Sequence record: OK335775.1
DNA length: 64,000 nt
From: Escherichia phage PSD2002
Direction: 5' to 3' (one strand)
Shown here in pieces: positions 50,694-59,866 of the stretch (position 1 is its first letter; every line of letters starts with the position of its first letter). The translations under genes and the position numbers were made by a program. The notes below the pieces were generated by a model. The model searched no databases. It saw only the letters and a program-made list of their open reading frames with translations, and had not been told where the DNA came from.

Positions 50694-51035
50694 ATGTTTG
50701 AACAATTTATTTACAATCTTTATAAAGCAGGTCAGACTTTTTCCAAAGCTATGAAACAGTCTGTTGAAGACTATATTAATGAGTGTAGTACTAAGTTTTC
50801 TGAGAAATTCTATAAAAATCCGTGTAGTGGAGGAGACTTCAGGAGACTGCGCTTGGCCGTTAACACCCAGGCCTTAATAAATCTAGACCGCAAGCAGGTA
50901 AAGTTGGCAGGCGACTTCCGAGGTGAACTCTGCGCCATCAGGAATGAATATCGCATTCGTATTGAACATCAACGGAAAGAGAACACCCAATCAGCGTGGT
51001 TTAGTGGTCAAGCCGGTGAAAAAAGTTTCTATTAG
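50694..51035 (+). CDS. hypothetical protein
   Basis: 113-aa ORF. Confidence 0.45.
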   Translation: MFEQFIYNLYKAGQTFSKAMKQSVEDYINECSTKFSEKFYKNPCSGGDFRRLRLAVNTQALINLDRKQVKLAGDFRGELCAIRNEYRIRIEHQRKENTQSAWFSGQAGEKSFY

Positions 51036-51037
51036 TT

Positions 51038-51090
51038 GTTTACATCTCCAGTAGAAATGATACTATAGACCTATCAACTACTGGAGGTTA
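51038..51090 (+). promoter_or_regulatory. early promoter cassette (PeSL-like) with inverted repeat TCTCCAGTAG/CTACTGGAGG
   Basis: GTTTAC 51038-51043; TGATACTATAGACCTATCAA. Confidence 0.6.
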
Positions 51091-51092
51091 AC

Positions 51093-51617
51093 ATGAACGC
51101 TAAAGATATTTTTTCACTCATCAATTATAACAATGGTAATTTCAAATCCGAAAAACAAAGCAAGTTCTTTAACGACGTTGCTTGTGGTAATGAGATTACT
51201 GTATCTGGAGGAGAGATTTACAAAAGCCGTTGGAACTGGATTGTTGTCATCGATTCAGTCGGTATTGTAGAGCTCTATAAAAACACTAACAAAAAACGTA
51301 CTCTTCACTGGAGTCGTGAAACCAATCAAGCTTATCAAGCTGAACGTAACAAACGTTTAATGCCTACCGAATCTGACCTGGCAAACGTTAAATCTGATAT
51401 CGCTTATTTCGATAATCTGATTGCTGAACAACAAGCTGTTATTGATAAGTTTGACGAAATCAAAGCTTGTAAAGAGATTCCTGAATTCATGCGGGAATCA
51501 GTAAACGAACAGTACGCCCTCACTTCAGGTCGTATCGAGCAGTACAAATCACAACGAGCTGAACGCCAAGCTCTGCTTCAGAAATTTGAAGAGCGTTTAA
51601 AGACGGTTCTCGCATAA
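51093..51617 (+). CDS. hypothetical protein with C-terminal coiled coil
   Basis: 174-aa ORF. Confidence 0.5.
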   Translation: MNAKDIFSLINYNNGNFKSEKQSKFFNDVACGNEITVSGGEIYKSRWNWIVVIDSVGIVELYKNTNKKRTLHWSRETNQAYQAERNKRLMPTESDLANVKSDIAYFDNLIAEQQAVIDKFDEIKACKEIPEFMRESVNEQYALTSGRIEQYKSQRAERQALLQKFEERLKTVLA

Positions 51618-51643
51618 ACGCTTTATACCAAGGATGGTATAAT
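51618..51643 (+). promoter_or_regulatory. candidate MotA-dependent middle promoter (MotA-box-like CGCTTTA, 12 nt, TATAAT)
   Basis: GCTTTA 51620-51625; TATAAT 51638-51643; spacing typical of T4 middle promoters. Confidence 0.35.
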
Positions 51644-51680
51644 GGTTCTAGGTTCTTAATTACTTACTGAGGAAATTATT

Positions 51681-52520
51681 ATGTCACAGGCAATTAATCA
51701 AATTCGTTCTGAAGTTAAAAAAGTTGTTAAATTCGGACGTATTCCGAGTTCTAAAGAAGTGGTTGAAAAGGTTTTGGCCATGATGTGGGAAAAGTTTGAA
51801 GTTTGTATTTCTGTAGATGAATTCACTAAAATCTTTGACAAGACTAGGATGTTTACGTTAGAAGACCGAGTCATGAAATCTCTTCACAGGGCAGGTATGT
51901 TGACTCGTGCTAACGCCAGAATTATTCTTAGAAATTATAACAAAGGCTATGACCTCTATGGTCGTTTAATCCCGGCGATGTCATTTGATGAAGTTGTTAA
52001 AGACCTTCGTACTAACCAACGACGTTTACTAGCACTGGGTGCTCGTCTAGCTTTAGGTAAAGATAAGCAAATGCCATTTAAGACTAATGGTTCAGGCGAT
52101 TGGATTATCTTTAATATTGTCAACCAACCAGGTAACGAAAACGAGTATCTTACTTCAACTTTTAGTGGTTGTCAATATGACAACTGGAAATTCCATCTTC
52201 GATTGGCTTTGTCCGAACTCGAACGTAGCGGTATTCTTACCTTCGATAATGTTAATACCAGTACAGGCTGGCGTATTAAACTTGTTAAGCCGGGTAATGA
52301 AGTTAAGAGTCATTCAGAAGCTCCTAAACCGGAACCTGTACCAGTGCGCAGCAATGAGAAACATCAAGCCCAGATTGAGTATTTTAGCAATTTGCTTACT
52401 TGCTTGAATGTTACAATTCAGCAACAAGATGATGAGATTTTCCGACTCTCTGGTCTGAATGCTAAAGCCAAGGCTGAACGCCAGAAATATATCGATATCC
52501 TAAATCTTCTTAAGGATTAA
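51681..52520 (+). CDS. hypothetical protein with C-terminal coiled coil
   Basis: 279-aa ORF starting MSQAI; shared 5' cassette with 58948 ORF. Confidence 0.5.
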   Translation: MSQAINQIRSEVKKVVKFGRIPSSKEVVEKVLAMMWEKFEVCISVDEFTKIFDKTRMFTLEDRVMKSLHRAGMLTRANARIILRNYNKGYDLYGRLIPAMSFDEVVKDLRTNQRRLLALGARLALGKDKQMPFKTNGSGDWIIFNIVNQPGNENEYLTSTFSGCQYDNWKFHLRLALSELERSGILTFDNVNTSTGWRIKLVKPGNEVKSHSEAPKPEPVPVRSNEKHQAQIEYFSNLLTCLNVTIQQQDDEIFRLSGLNAKAKAERQKYIDILNLLKD

Positions 52521-52521
52521 T

Positions 52522-52737
52522 ATGGCTACTTTAATTATTGGTTCTATTTTTGGATACCTTGTGATAGGATTCATTACTACTGTATTAATCCACAAATTTG
52601 ACAGCTGTTTTGAAAAAGGTGATGAGTATGATGCAGTGTTCACTACTCTCGCCTGGCCTATATTCTGGGTTACAGGTATTGTTCTGGCTATAGTGTGGCC
52701 TATGGCTAAATTCTATAAAAAATTATTTGGACTTTAA
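52522..52737 (+). CDS. small membrane protein
   Basis: 71 aa, two hydrophobic helices. Confidence 0.45.
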   Translation: MATLIIGSIFGYLVIGFITTVLIHKFDSCFEKGDEYDAVFTTLAWPIFWVTGIVLAIVWPMAKFYKKLFGL

Positions 52738-52738
52738 T

Positions 52739-53608
52739 ATGAACATTAAAACACGTAAAGAATATTCCCGATATGATTTTGGTGTAACCAAGCGTATCGC
52801 TATCGATCGGCTGGCAGACTTTGGCCATATTTGTAATGGTAATTATACTTATGGTGTAGGTCGTAAAGGGACTTATATTAGTTCTTTAAATGATTATTGC
52901 CGAAGCCCAGCCCACCTGTTTGGTGCAACACTACGAGCTAATATCAAAGACCTCTTGGCTACTGCAGGACGTATTTCTACGGTTCCTGTCAATATCAAGA
53001 ATATTAATTTTACGGCTCGTAACCTAGTCATTAATATTCTGCCTGACGGTATTCAAGTTCGTTTCCGTCCTACCTCAAAAGGTAATAAGGCCCTTCGTGA
53101 AGCATTCGAAACCTTATTCAGAGAGGCAATGACCCGTATTAAGGCAGTAGAATCATATAAAGTTACAACCGATGAATATGCTGATTGTTTTGAGCGGGCT
53201 GATGCAGTGTATTTTAATGTTAAACTAACTCGTGAATATCTTTTGTCTTATGCCCCTTATCAATCCCAACAAAAGGACCCACAAATGGAACGTCGTATCT
53301 CTGCAGTATCATGTGACAGTGTAGGCCAGTATGCGGCCTATGACAAATTCAAAACCACTGCGGTGCCTAGTCCATTCAATTCCGAACCTTATCATTGGAA
53401 AATTAAACCTGATAATTCTTTGGTTGTTACTAACCCTACGATGAAACCTATCGAGAAGTATCATGAGGACCACCTCCAGGAATCAATCCACCGTTTAAAC
53501 GGCCAGATCGAAGATGAGAAAAAGAGTATTCAAGACGTATTGATTCGCATCAAGAACATGGAAATCCAGCGTGACAAGCTTAGCGCGGCAGTATTAGCTC
53601 TAAAATAA
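52739..53608 (+). CDS. hypothetical protein with C-terminal coiled coil
   Basis: ORF from MNIKTRKEY; about 289 aa. Confidence 0.5.
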   Translation: MNIKTRKEYSRYDFGVTKRIAIDRLADFGHICNGNYTYGVGRKGTYISSLNDYCRSPAHLFGATLRANIKDLLATAGRISTVPVNIKNINFTARNLVINILPDGIQVRFRPTSKGNKALREAFETLFREAMTRIKAVESYKVTTDEYADCFERADAVYFNVKLTREYLLSYAPYQSQQKDPQMERRISAVSCDSVGQYAAYDKFKTTAVPSPFNSEPYHWKIKPDNSLVVTNPTMKPIEKYHEDHLQESIHRLNGQIEDEKKSIQDVLIRIKNMEIQRDKLSAAVLALK

Positions 53609-53609
53609 T

Positions 53610-53639
53610 GTTTACATCCAAGGACGGATGGAGTATAAT
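53610..53639 (+). promoter_or_regulatory. early promoter (GTTTAC -35, GAGTATAAT -10)
   Basis: GTTTAC 53610-53615; TATAAT 53634-53639. Confidence 0.5.
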
Positions 53640-53666
53640 CTTTTTAAATCTACTGAGGAGAATATC

Positions 53667-54677
53667 ATGACTCGTACTGAATACATCAATGCCTTTACTA
53701 CGTATATCACTACCAACACCCCTCCGTTAACCCCATACGAGGTAATAGTTTCTAATATCAATAAATGGGTCGACCAAATTGATGATGCATTATCGCGCTG
53801 TTTCAAAGCTGAAATCGAAAAGATTGCAGGCCGTTTGTGCATTCATGATATCATTAAAACATTTAAAGGTTCTCGACTGCTTTCGCGCCTGGTCAATAAG
53901 GACATCCTTTCTGAGTTCGGTAAAGAGAAATATCCAGGTTCCAACCGTGTTGTTAGCTACAAATGGTTTGGTGATACCATAAAAGGTTATATCAAAATTA
54001 AAGGTATGGACCCTAATAGTTTATTTCCGCAACGTTGGGTTAGCGAATTCAAGGCTAACTCTGCATTAATTCTCAAAGCGGCCTCTAAAACTATAGTTTC
54101 CGGTGATTGTCGTACTATTCACCCGATGGCTAATTGCATGATTAAAACAAATAGTTATAAAGGAAAAGCTATTATTTCTGTTATTTGGTCACCTAATAGG
54201 AAACCTAAAGATGATGTGGAAGTTGTAAAGTATCAAGATATTGCTTACGATACCTTGAATACTATCGAACAAGCTTTAGCTCTGATGGATACCGTAGAGA
54301 AATATGAGACCCAAGAAGTTAAACACCACTTAGGCTGGAAAGGATATGAAGTCTTAGTAACAGTCCGTGAAATCAAATGTACCGTTCCAAAAACTGATGC
54401 TGAAATTTACCAAGAAAAATGTGAGGAAATTGTGAACACTGATAAAGAGCCTGCTACATTAGAAGACTTGATTAACGACTTGAACAGCCCTATCATGGCC
54501 CCTACACCAATTACTAAATCCAAGTTACCGGAAGTCGTTGCCTTGGAAAAAGCGTATAAAGATGCCCTTGCTATTAACAAAAAACTGACTGGCCAATATA
54601 CCGCCGCCAAGAAACTTTGGGAAGAGTCTACCAATCGTTTAGACCGTCTTGAACAGGCTCTGGGGCTGCTGAAATGA
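53667..54677 (+). CDS. hypothetical protein with C-terminal coiled coil
   Basis: ORF from MTRTEYINAF after SD GAGGAG; about 336 aa. Confidence 0.5.
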   Translation: MTRTEYINAFTTYITTNTPPLTPYEVIVSNINKWVDQIDDALSRCFKAEIEKIAGRLCIHDIIKTFKGSRLLSRLVNKDILSEFGKEKYPGSNRVVSYKWFGDTIKGYIKIKGMDPNSLFPQRWVSEFKANSALILKAASKTIVSGDCRTIHPMANCMIKTNSYKGKAIISVIWSPNRKPKDDVEVVKYQDIAYDTLNTIEQALALMDTVEKYETQEVKHHLGWKGYEVLVTVREIKCTVPKTDAEIYQEKCEEIVNTDKEPATLEDLINDLNSPIMAPTPITKSKLPEVVALEKAYKDALAINKKLTGQYTAAKKLWEESTNRLDRLEQALGLLK

Positions 54678-54985
54678 AACAACGTTTAGCTGAAGATATT
54701 GCTTCAGCATCTAATACTGGTTTATTGAAATTTATTAAAGCCGAGGATGTTGAAGCTGAATTGGTTGGTAAAATTCATGGTTGTGATGATTATGGTGATG
54801 CCGTTAATTGGGATGCTGTAATGGCTATGGTCGCACGACGAGAACAAGCTTCTAAGAATGTTCCTAACTGTCCTAAGTGCGGCACAGAACAGGTTCAATT
54901 GGTCCATTGGCAGACTAGTAATCTTCGTTACAAATGCCGCCATTGTAAACACCGATTTGAGCGAGACGAAAATGGCAAAGCGTAA
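54674..54985 (+). CDS. zinc-ribbon protein
   Basis: CPKCG...CRHCKH four-Cys motif; 103 aa. Confidence 0.5.
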   Translation: MKQRLAEDIASASNTGLLKFIKAEDVEAELVGKIHGCDDYGDAVNWDAVMAMVARREQASKNVPNCPKCGTEQVQLVHWQTSNLRYKCRHCKHRFERDENGKA

Positions 54986-55208
54986 AGAATATGTAGAGGC
55001 TGCCGATAAGGCGGTCCACGAACTTACCCTAGCTTATTATAAAGAGCATGGTAAATTCCCAGACAGTTATTCAGTTTTAAAATCTGCTTTAACTCGCTCG
55101 TATAATAATATACTATCTGATGTGTATAATTTAAAATATGAGCACATGGAAAAATATGGAACAGAACTCGACCGTTCTGAAGCATTCAAACAAATATTAG
55201 GAATTTAA
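54972..55208 (+). CDS. hypothetical protein
   Basis: ORF from [12 protein letters not shown]. Confidence 0.45.
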   Translation: MAKRKEYVEAADKAVHELTLAYYKEHGKFPDSYSVLKSALTRSYNNILSDVYNLKYEHMEKYGTELDRSEAFKQILGI

Positions 55209-55209
55209 A

Positions 55210-55473
55210 ATGTTTAAAGTTTATGGTTATGATTCAAATATTCACCGTTGTGTTTTCTGCGATAATGCCAAACGTCTGCTTGATGTTAAGAAACAATCTT
55301 ACGAATTCATTAACGTGATGCCGGAAAAAGGCGTATTTGATGATGAGAAGATTGCTGAACTCTTGACTGCTCTTGGACGTGAATCTCAGGTAGGTTTGAC
55401 TATGCCTCAGGTATTTGCTCCTGATGGAAGTCATATTGGTGGCTTTGACCAACTGCGAGCATACTTCAAATGA
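55210..55473 (+). CDS. nrdC: glutaredoxin/thioredoxin NrdC
   Basis: MFKVYGYDSNIHRCVFCDNAKRLL...LTMPQVFAPDGSHIGGFDQLRAYFK matches recalled T4 NrdC. Confidence 0.92.
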   Translation: MFKVYGYDSNIHRCVFCDNAKRLLDVKKQSYEFINVMPEKGVFDDEKIAELLTALGRESQVGLTMPQVFAPDGSHIGGFDQLRAYFK

Positions 55474-55631
55474 TTGAATTATTGTTGGTTGTTTTGTATC
55501 TTATCATCGGTATTGGTTATGCTAAGACCCTAGCTAAATTAGATGATTCAGGTGACTTTTGTTGGTGGTTGACGTCTATGATTTGTTGGCCTTTATTTCT
55601 GGTTGGTGCTTCATTCTGGAACTTCAAATGA
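55470..55631 (+). CDS. small membrane protein
   Basis: 53 aa hydrophobic; start/stop junction CTTCAAATGATTGAATTA duplicated at both ends. Confidence 0.4.
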   Translation: MIELLLVVLYLIIGIGYAKTLAKLDDSGDFCWWLTSMICWPLFLVGASFWNFK

Positions 55632-55936
55632 TTGAATTAAACGAACAAACCATTTTTCTAGGTGATGGTACCGAAGATGACCTGGAATATAAACTATACG
55701 AATATATGGTTTGGTTAGCCAAAGCAGAAGGTATTGACTTTGTTGTAGCCCATCCATATGGCGAGAACACCGTTGTAATCGGTGGTACTGCTTATGAAGT
55801 CCAATGGCAATACGTTGGGCTTGAATCTGAAGAATTTGAAGAAGATGAACACGGCGATTGGCATCCAGTCGGCCCTTGGTACTGGGAACACGGTGAACCT
55901 GATTTTGAAGTAAGTAGTTGGTGGTGTGACCGTTAA
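55628..55936 (+). CDS. hypothetical acidic protein
   Basis: ORF from MIELNEQTIF. Confidence 0.45.
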   Translation: MIELNEQTIFLGDGTEDDLEYKLYEYMVWLAKAEGIDFVVAHPYGENTVVIGGTAYEVQWQYVGLESEEFEEDEHGDWHPVGPWYWEHGEPDFEVSSWWCDR

Positions 55937-55982
55937 GCCATGGTATACCGCTCGATGGGAAACTGTCGAGCCAGAGGAACCT

Positions 55983-56012
55983 GTTTACAACGATTCCGAA
56001 ATAGAGTATAAT
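55983..56012 (+). promoter_or_regulatory. early promoter (GTTTAC -35, GAGTATAAT -10)
   Basis: GTTTAC 55983-55988; TATAAT 56007-56012. Confidence 0.5.
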
Positions 56013-56058
56013 GAACCTTCAAACAATGATTTAATTGATATGGAGTTTGGGTTTTACT

Positions 56059-56235
56059 ATGAAAACTGAATTGATTTATACCGAAAAGTTAAACGGTGGT
56101 AAGGTCTGGAAACTTCTTATTAAAGGAAGTCCTACTGATCAGTTTATGGCCACTTGTGTAGGGTTATACACCCATCCTACTAAAAAGATGATTCGTCAAT
56201 TTAAACGTTTGCATCGTTCATTCTATGGGGTCTGA
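56059..56235 (+). CDS. hypothetical small protein
   Basis: ORF from MKTELIYTEK. Confidence 0.4.
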   Translation: MKTELIYTEKLNGGKVWKLLIKGSPTDQFMATCVGLYTHPTKKMIRQFKRLHRSFYGV

Positions 56236-56364
56236 TATGGAGGCTCTTATTACGGTATTTTGGGTAGGAGTTGTTTTATTCGGATTGTTGTTAGTGCTAA
56301 GTTACACTGCTAAACTATTAGGATATTAATAAATACCCTTATCTAATAATGGTAAGGGTTTATT

Positions 56365-56838
56365 ATGTTGTTGACCGGCAAATTATACAAAGAAGAAAAA
56401 CAAAAACTTTATGATGCACAATGTGGTAAGTGTTTGATTTGTAAACGTGAATTAAACCCTGATGTTCAAAGTAACCACCTTGACCACGACCATGAATTGA
56501 ACGGGCCAAAAGCCGGTAAGGTTCGTGGTTTACTATGTAACCTGTGCAATGCTGCAGAAGGACAAATGAAGCATAAGTTCAACCGTTCTGGTCTTAAAGG
56601 TCAAAACGTTGACTACCTCGAATGGTTAGAGAATTTGCTGGTCTATCTGAAAGCTGATTATACTGAAAACAATATTCATCCTAATTTCGTTCCTGATAAA
56701 ACCAAAGAGTTCAGCAGGTTAGGTAAGGAAGAAATGATTGCTGAAATGCTTTCACATGGAATGACTTATAATGAATCTGACACTAAGAAACAAATGGTCG
56801 ATTCATTTAAAAAACAACTGAGGAAATCGCTTAAATGA
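56365..56838 (+). CDS. 49: endonuclease VII (Holliday junction resolvase)
   Basis: 157 aa; MLLTGKLYKEEKQKLYDAQCGKCLICKRELNPDVQSNHLDHDHELNGPKAGKVRGLLCNLCNAAEGQ matches recalled T4 gp49. Confidence 0.95.
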   Translation: MLLTGKLYKEEKQKLYDAQCGKCLICKRELNPDVQSNHLDHDHELNGPKAGKVRGLLCNLCNAAEGQMKHKFNRSGLKGQNVDYLEWLENLLVYLKADYTENNIHPNFVPDKTKEFSRLGKEEMIAEMLSHGMTYNESDTKKQMVDSFKKQLRKSLK

Positions 56839-56944
56839 TTAATTTTTATGCCTTAACCGAATCCATGAATGATATTATCCGGCGCATGGGTGTTGAGTAT
56901 CCTGCTCAATGGTTATTTGTTGTAACTAATACGTGGACTATCGT

Positions 56945-57160
56945 ATGAACAAATTTCGTAATGCTGTTTCCGATATCCTGGCCAATATTACATTTGCCTT
57001 GTTTATCGTGTGCCTTTTAATCCTGGTCATCCCGTTTGGATTACTGTTTGTTATTATCGGTGCCCTGAGTACTGAAAAAGGTCTTGAAGGGTCTGAGTTC
57101 GAAAAACGAATCCAGTCTGTTCATGGTGTTATTTCTAAAATGATGAAGGTGAAAGAATGA
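56945..57160 (+). CDS. small membrane protein
   Basis: ORF from MNKFRNAVSDILANITFALFIVCLLILVIPFGLLFVIIGAL. Confidence 0.45.
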   Translation: MNKFRNAVSDILANITFALFIVCLLILVIPFGLLFVIIGALSTEKGLEGSEFEKRIQSVHGVISKMMKVKE

Positions 57161-57453
57161 AACGTTTTGAAGAATATGTAGCTTTGAATTGGACCGCTTG
57201 GGACAAGTTTGGTGATGATTGGTACTTCCATGACTGTGACCTGAACCCGGAATTCTTTAAAGGTAAGGAAGACGACCTCAAGGACATCTATGCTCTGTCA
57301 GAGATTCATGGTATTAAACCTACTGTCTATTTCTCTTTTGATGATACTGGGTTCCTTGTACAGGTTTACGTTCCATACGGAACTAATGAAGACGAAGTTC
57401 TAAAAACCTGGGACTACCAAGGAGTTATTTCCTGTGGACCAAAAGTTAACTAA
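57157..57453 (+). CDS. hypothetical protein
   Basis: 98-aa ORF. Confidence 0.45.
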   Translation: MKRFEEYVALNWTAWDKFGDDWYFHDCDLNPEFFKGKEDDLKDIYALSEIHGIKPTVYFSFDDTGFLVQVYVPYGTNEDEVLKTWDYQGVISCGPKVN

Positions 57454-57751
57454 AATTGAGATTTACGGTATCCCTGAGACAGTCATGCGCTGTCCAGGGT
57501 GCATTGCTGTTCTATCGCTCCTAAATTCCCTTTCTATCCCACATACTTTCTATCCTGTGATTAACCAGACGCCGTCAGGCGCAGTATATGACAAGCCTCT
57601 TATAGTATCATTGGCCAAACGTGCAGGCTTCAAGAGCTTAGCGATACGCTATCCTGTCATATTTGTCGATAATAAGAAAATAGAAAATATTCCTGCCTTC
57701 AAATCGCTTTTGATTGAACTTGGTTATGACCGAGATTTAATTGAAGATTAG
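57434..57751 (+). CDS. glutaredoxin/NrdH-like redoxin (CPGC motif)
   Basis: KIEIYGIPETVMRCPGC; GTG start per ORF track. Confidence 0.45.
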   Translation: MDQKLTKIEIYGIPETVMRCPGCIAVLSLLNSLSIPHTFYPVINQTPSGAVYDKPLIVSLAKRAGFKSLAIRYPVIFVDNKKIENIPAFKSLLIELGYDRDLIED

Positions 57752-57752
57752 T

Positions 57753-57805
57753 GTTTACTTCCTCTCCTCACGTGTTATAGTCTATCCTATCAACACATGA
57801 GGAGA
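57753..57805 (+). promoter_or_regulatory. early promoter cassette (variant) with inverted repeat TCCTCACGTG/CACATGAGGA
   Basis: GTTTAC 57753-57758; TGTTATAGTCTATCCTATCAA; SD GAGGAG. Confidence 0.55.
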
Positions 57806-57810
57806 ACATT

Positions 57811-57993
57811 ATGACTATCCAAGATAAAGAAATTAAAGTCGACCAGTATTATTCAGTAAATGGCTACCCTGTTCAAGTAACAAAGGTAACAAATCTCGAT
57901 GTATGGTATCAACCTTTGACTCACCCTGATGCTCCATTGATGGTGTGCGACCGTTCTTTATTTTGTTCAGTAGCAAAGGAAATTAAATCATGA
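57811..57993 (+). CDS. hypothetical protein
   Basis: 60-aa ORF. Confidence 0.4.
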   Translation: MTIQDKEIKVDQYYSVNGYPVQVTKVTNLDVWYQPLTHPDAPLMVCDRSLFCSVAKEIKS

Positions 57994-58244
57994 GTCTGAA
58001 ATTACATTCAATGAAAAATATCATTACCCTTAATCTGGATGATGAGCGCCTGATTTTTCTCACTGTCACTGATAAGAATATTGAAATCGCCAACGGCCCG
58101 AAAACTTATTGCTGTCCTGTTAAGAATTGGAAACGTGTAACATTTCTTACTCTGGCTGAACGCCTGAAAGATATTAAGTTAGATTTGGATGTCAAAGATG
58201 TCCAATACATTAAAAATCTTATTGGATACAAACTGCTGAGGTAA
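57990..58244 (+). CDS. hypothetical protein
   Basis: 84-aa ORF. Confidence 0.4.
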   Translation: MSLKLHSMKNIITLNLDDERLIFLTVTDKNIEIANGPKTYCCPVKNWKRVTFLTLAERLKDIKLDLDVKDVQYIKNLIGYKLLR

Positions 58245-58246
58245 CT

Positions 58247-58540
58247 ATGGGTAAAACTATCCGTCGTAAAGAATTGTCTGTAAAAGATTTTTATTATTCC
58301 GGACGCCGTAAAGCACCTGACGGCGTAAGTCAGGATTTGGTTGAAGAAAATATCTTCCGTTCTGACAAGTGGAAACGTATGCGCGGTGTTGATTCTGAAG
58401 TTAAGAACGAAATGAACCGCCAGCTTCGTAAAGAAGTGAGAAAGCTGAAAAAAGATGTTTACAATGACGATGAACCTGATTACAATACTTCTCATCAAGT
58501 TGCAAAACGTAAATCAAACGAGTGCTATCGTTACAGCTGA
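58247..58540 (+). CDS. hypothetical basic protein
   Basis: 97-aa ORF, Lys/Arg-rich. Confidence 0.45.
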   Translation: MGKTIRRKELSVKDFYYSGRRKAPDGVSQDLVEENIFRSDKWKRMRGVDSEVKNEMNRQLRKEVRKLKKDVYNDDEPDYNTSHQVAKRKSNECYRYS

Positions 58541-58547
58541 GGAAAAT

Positions 58548-58679
58548 ATGAATATTAAACGAATGCTTTTTAAGCAAGGGTTATATACTTTAAATGTTAC
58601 TCCAAAAGGCGATACAACCAAGTGGTCAGTAAATGACTGGGTTAAATTCATTGATGAAAACGGTAACTGGAAAATTTAA
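58548..58679 (+). CDS. hypothetical small protein
   Basis: ORF from MNIKRMLFKQ after SD GAGGAA. Confidence 0.4.
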   Translation: MNIKRMLFKQGLYTLNVTPKGDTTKWSVNDWVKFIDENGNWKI

Positions 58680-58880
58680 ATGAACCCTGAATCTAAATTA
58701 TCACAGCGAATCGCCGAATCTCGTCGTCAGTTCTTTGAAAATATGATAGCCCAAGGTATTGATGACGAAGTTTTTCTGAACTGGTTTTGGAATCACAAAT
58801 ATTCAAGTTGCTCAGGTGCTTTGTTAATTTCCGCAGCAATGATGTACGAAGGTTGGAAAGGCGCCAAAGCACAAAAATAG
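58680..58880 (+). CDS. hypothetical protein
   Basis: 66-aa ORF. Confidence 0.4.
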   Translation: MNPESKLSQRIAESRRQFFENMIAQGIDDEVFLNWFWNHKYSSCSGALLISAAMMYEGWKGAKAQK

Positions 58881-58909
58881 TTTACAAACTCTTGGGACCA
58901 GAGTATAAT
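58880..58909 (+). promoter_or_regulatory. early promoter (GTTTAC -35, GAGTATAAT -10) with flanking GGACC/GGTCC inverted repeat
   Basis: GTTTAC 58880-58885; TATAAT 58904-58909. Confidence 0.5.
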
Positions 58910-58947
58910 GGTCCTACGGATTATAAATTTTAACTGAGGAAATTATT

Positions 58948-59277
58948 ATGTCACAAGCTATTAAAAACGTACTGAACTCTTTCGCTTTCGATAAAGTAAA
59001 TGAACTGATGAATACAGGTTTTGTGACTCCTGAAATTCTCGACCAATGGGTTGCTGAACTGTTACCAATCATGCACTCTAAAGACCAGAAAATTGGTAAG
59101 AATGGTATTCGTGAAATCCTGGTTCAATATATCCTTGATGAATTCGATGTCGCTGCCTTTGGTGTCGAATCCAAAGCTTGGCACCCAGGTGAAATCACGG
59201 ATAAAACTATCCGTCGTATGAAAAACCAACGTAAGAAAAAATTCGTTGACCTGAAAATTGTTAAGGCAGCGAAATGA
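58948..59277 (+). CDS. hypothetical protein
   Basis: 109-aa ORF starting MSQAI; 5' cassette shared with 51681 ORF. Confidence 0.45.
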   Translation: MSQAIKNVLNSFAFDKVNELMNTGFVTPEILDQWVAELLPIMHSKDQKIGKNGIREILVQYILDEFDVAAFGVESKAWHPGEITDKTIRRMKNQRKKKFVDLKIVKAAK

Positions 59278-59540
59278 TTAAAATAAAACTCTCTAATTAC
59301 GATAAAAACTTGGAAATGATTGCTATGAAAGAAGAACTCTTGAATGATGTCCGCTTTACAGGTTATGCAGTTCAATTTAATGGTGATGGGACTCTCCAGA
59401 TTGAGGGTGACCACTTTATCATCGAATACGAATTTAAACAGTATTGGCTGTATGCAAAAGATGAGGTTGGCGGTGTTGATTACGTCGACGAGTTCGATAA
59501 CCTAGATGATGCCTTGGAAGGAGCTCGATTCCTACAATGA
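59274..59540 (+). CDS. hypothetical protein
   Basis: 88-aa ORF. Confidence 0.4.
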   Translation: MIKIKLSNYDKNLEMIAMKEELLNDVRFTGYAVQFNGDGTLQIEGDHFIIEYEFKQYWLYAKDEVGGVDYVDEFDNLDDALEGARFLQ

Positions 59541-59800
59541 AACCCATATCCACCACCCTCGCCTACGAAGGTCTCGGATTTTTCTTAATAGATAACTGTA
59601 TGGATGTTGAGTTTGTTTGTGGTGAGACTTCTTTAGTATGGAAGTCTCATATTTCCAAATACAACCATCGTGAATATCCAAGTCTTTTTAAAGAATTTTG
59701 TGGATATATGTCTGAACACGGGTGTACTGATACAATTTCTTATTCCGAGTTCACACAAATCCTTGAAACAGTATTTCAGGCTTATTGCTTACTCCGTTGA
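59537..59800 (+). CDS. hypothetical protein
   Basis: 87-aa ORF. Confidence 0.4.
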   Translation: MKPISTTLAYEGLGFFLIDNCMDVEFVCGETSLVWKSHISKYNHREYPSLFKEFCGYMSEHGCTDTISYSEFTQILETVFQAYCLLR

Positions 59801-59866
59801 TGCTTTAAAAGGGTCTTCAAATACTATGATATAATAGACCTATGATTTGAGTTATCTGAGGTAACA

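Noticed and set aside
27859-57805. Repeated 20-50-bp conserved elements (TGATACTATAGACCTATCAA and variants) considered as a possible CRISPR array
   Set aside because: Copies are kilobases apart, each sits upstream of an ORF with -35/-10/SD geometry, and spacing is irregular; they are promoter cassettes, not CRISPR repeats.
59801-59835. MotA-dependent middle promoter upstream of gene 55 (TGCTTTA at 59801-59807)
   Set aside because: Spacing to candidate -10 elements (TACTAT/TATAAT) is 15 nt or more rather than the usual roughly 12 nt; left uncalled as a feature.
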